DNA of 32,000 bases from contig JADGIF010000021.1 of assembly GCA_018985225.1 (NCBI GenBank), positions 6,365 through 38,364 of the forward strand. Reading direction: 5' to 3'. The translations under genes were made by a program, and so were the position numbers. Positions 29,818 to 32,000 of this stretch are shown here, one piece after another (position 1 is the first letter of the stretch; every line of letters begins with the position of its first letter). Source of the DNA: Amoeboradix gromovi X-113 (Eukaryota > Fungi > Sanchytriomycota). The notes under the pieces are model-generated. The model did not search any database and was not told the origin of the DNA. It saw only the letters and a list, made by a program, of their open reading frames with translations.

Positions 29818-31626
29818 TTAATTTATTCCTCTGTATTTTAAATAATTTTGAAGAAAAGGCTCAAATGCAGTTAGGTCGTCATTCCATACACCTCCATTAA
29901 AGGCTACACATTGGAAAGAATTCAACATGTAGAACTTGGGCTCAATTTTACTCAATTCTCTGTATTCCTGGTAGCCGCTAAAGTGAGACTTACGGAGACC
30001 AGTGGAATGTTTTAACAGGTTGCCGTGAAAGAACATCAAAATGCCACTAAAAGATTGGATCATAGTTTGACCACATAAATAGTCATCCAACCTGAAACCT
30101 AAGGACTTAATAAATGTTTGCTCTACATAGACTGAGTTACCAAGATATCGTGCAGCCCATCTCAAAACATCCTTATCTCCGAAAAAAAATTTGTACCATA
30201 AATGTTGATCTTTCATCATTAAGAATGAAAGAAAGATTGTGTGATAGTGCCTGTACTTGTCAATAAAAAACTGGCCGGTTTCTGCCTCTAATTCATCTAC
30301 ACATTCAAATCCGATTACTTCATAAATTGGATTTTTAGGGTTAGTTTTCCACATATCTGGGAACATAACTAAACCAGTCAACTTGTAAATTTGATCATCA
30401 AATATCCAACTCGGTTCATGTATTGGTACAGAGTCCGCATCTAAAAATAATATGTGGCGAAAGGAAGACGATAGCAACGCTGAAAACTTGTAATGATAGT
30501 TATGGTCAGTCAAGATTGGAATATTGTACTCTTTAAGAATAGGTTTAATCGATATAACTTCTAGATTCTTTATTTCATAGAGGTGCTGTATTTGCTTTTC
30601 GTCTAGCTCCTCATTGTGAAATATTTCGATTGGAGTATTTGACATGTGCTTCCTTATAAACTTAAGGTTAATGAGTGCGTCTTCGAAAACTGCTCCATAT
30701 ACCAGCATAGCTATGCCTCTGGAATCACCAGTCTCAGGAATAGATTTCTTTTTCAAAACCTTATGGTAATAGTCTAATGAATCTGACGCCACATCTATGT
30801 ACTTGTCTCGAGGCTCCCACCCATTGGGATCGGGCAATGAATTGATTACGCTTCCCTTAATCTTTTCACAGTTCGATTTTTGCTTAAGATACAACGTATT
30901 CTCCAGCTCCATCATATCGCTGCTGGAGTCCCAGCAGCCCATCTCAGTCTCTAATATATCAAAGACATTAACTTTCTTGTAGCTCGTGTATTTGCGATTA
31001 ACATATGGATGTTTTTCACGAGCAAGTATTGGAGATTCAGGTGGTCCAAAAGCGTAAAGATTTCCGCAAAATGTTACGCTGTTGCTACCATACAAGACAG
31101 CATGATGTGACACCGTTTTAAATAAATTCTGTAATGTCAAATCTGTGCCATATTTAACTTTAAACCTCTTTATGTTTATTAGAAACCCATCTTTGACTCC
31201 CCCAAACAATCTCATTCCTGTTTCCTTGTACTTTGCATCTATTAGTCGGGCAGGATCAACTATTAGCTCCAGATGTCCCAAATATAGTAAATGTGTGCAA
31301 TTTAGATTAAACATTTCACCCTTGGTGGTCATTATCTCTGTCAGTTCCTCAAAAATATTTCCTTGCACATCATAATATTTATAGCCAAATCTGGAATGGT
31401 CTGTTTTCGATACTATGCATATGTCATTATCATCGTATATTATATTATTTTCATGCTTAACCTCCATTATTTGAGAATCCTTTTCAGGATCCACATAAAC
31501 TTTATGGAACTCATAACTAGAGTGTACTTTTATGTTAAGACTGCTAGGTATGTCAACATTCCAGTTAATTATAAATAAAAGTAGTGTTATTAACACTGAG
31601 ATAAATCGAAACATGCGATGCATCAA
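29818..31626 (-). CDS. GT71 alpha-mannosyltransferase (Mnn2/Mnn5-like), type II membrane protein
   Basis: N-terminal TM segment; RGIAM, PIEIFH, YKFSALLSSSFRHILFLDADSVP, GLVMFPDMWKT, ETGQFFIDK, GDKDVLRWA. Confidence 0.88.
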   Translation of the reverse strand: MMHRMFRFISVLITLLLFIINWNVDIPSSLNIKVHSSYEFHKVYVDPEKDSQIMEVKHENNIIYDDNDICIVSKTDHSRFGYKYYDVQGNIFEELTEIMTTKGEMFNLNCTHLLYLGHLELIVDPARLIDAKYKETGMRLFGGVKDGFLINIKRFKVKYGTDLTLQNLFKTVSHHAVLYGSNSVTFCGNLYAFGPPESPILAREKHPYVNRKYTSYKKVNVFDILETEMGCWDSSSDMMELENTLYLKQKSNCEKIKGSVINSLPDPNGWEPRDKYIDVASDSLDYYHKVLKKKSIPETGDSRGIAMLVYGAVFEDALINLKFIRKHMSNTPIEIFHNEELDEKQIQHLYEIKNLEVISIKPILKEYNIPILTDHNYHYKFSALLSSSFRHILFLDADSVPIHEPSWIFDDQIYKLTGLVMFPDMWKTNPKNPIYEVIGFECVDELEAETGQFFIDKYRHYHTIFLSFLMMKDQHLWYKFFFGDKDVLRWAARYLGNSVYVEQTFIKSLGFRLDDYLCGQTMIQSFSGILMFFHGNLLKHSTGLRKSHFSGYQEYRELSKIEPKFYMLNSFQCVAFNGGVWNDDLTAFEPFLQNYLKYRGIN

Positions 31627-31867
31627 ATATGAAAACCAGATTGAGTCAAATTAATAATCAAGCACCTATATTTTAATTCCTTTATGGAAAAGATACTAAA
31701 TATGCAGTTATACCAAGCATTTAATGCAGCAAGTCTTAAAAGATTGAAAACAACAATTTATTTAACAATATTTACTAAATAAATAACTTCTATAGCTTTC
31801 ATATCAGCAGCAGCAAGCGCAAGAGCACTCAGCAATTTTTAGTAGTCCAGGCTTACAACGATGTACT

Positions 31868-31896
31868 TGGGACACCAAATATAAAAACTAGACTAA
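31868..31896. repeat. 29-bp dispersed repeat, copy 2
   Basis: TGGGACACCAAATATAAAAACTAGACTAA; same orientation as 11574-11602. Confidence 0.85.
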
Positions 31897-32000
31897 CTCG
31901 CTTTTAAAGAAGGTGCACCATACTGAGGAAATGCTATCATTAATAAAAGATCTTCTATTATACCAATTTTCTTTCATTGATTGTATTCCTCTTTTTAAAA

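Noticed and set aside
1-32000. Alternative genetic code (TAA/TAG = Gln as in some aphelids, or TGA readthrough)
   Set aside because: TAA, TAG and TGA all end conserved proteins at the expected places, and long ORFs have no internal stops. The apparent breaks are explained by GT-AG introns.

Overview
AT-rich, extremely gene-dense eukaryotic DNA read in the standard genetic code. The gene content is fungal-like plus flagellar/basal-body genes, which suggests a compact-genome zoosporic fungus or relative such as a sanchytrid-like lineage (inference). About 18 protein genes are supported: GlyRS (3' end cut by the window edge), Sec7/BIG ARF-GEF, a bacterial-type CxxC redoxin, PEX3, GPN3, a PTS1-bearing GNPAT/GPAT-like acyltransferase, an ABCC transporter, an MBOAT_2 acyltransferase, PYROXD1, a CFAP157-like coiled coil, CTF8, uL13, CCDC61/VFL3, LETM1, GNA1, a coiled-coil protein, RIM15 and a GT71 mannosyltransferase, plus one hypothetical gene. 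The main discovery is a set of ultra-short spliceosomal introns. Six GT-AG introns (five of 19 nt, one of 21 nt) each restore the reading frame, and in five cases a recognisable conserved motif. All six share a fused branch-point/acceptor YTDAY-N-WAG with an invariant A at -6. A seventh 19-nt GC-AG candidate also exists. Other observations are intergenic gaps of 4-54 nt, AGTAAA/AATAAA motifs at or just after stop codons, strong GC-skew inversions inside long genes, a 29-bp dispersed repeat, and two unexplained gene-free islands.
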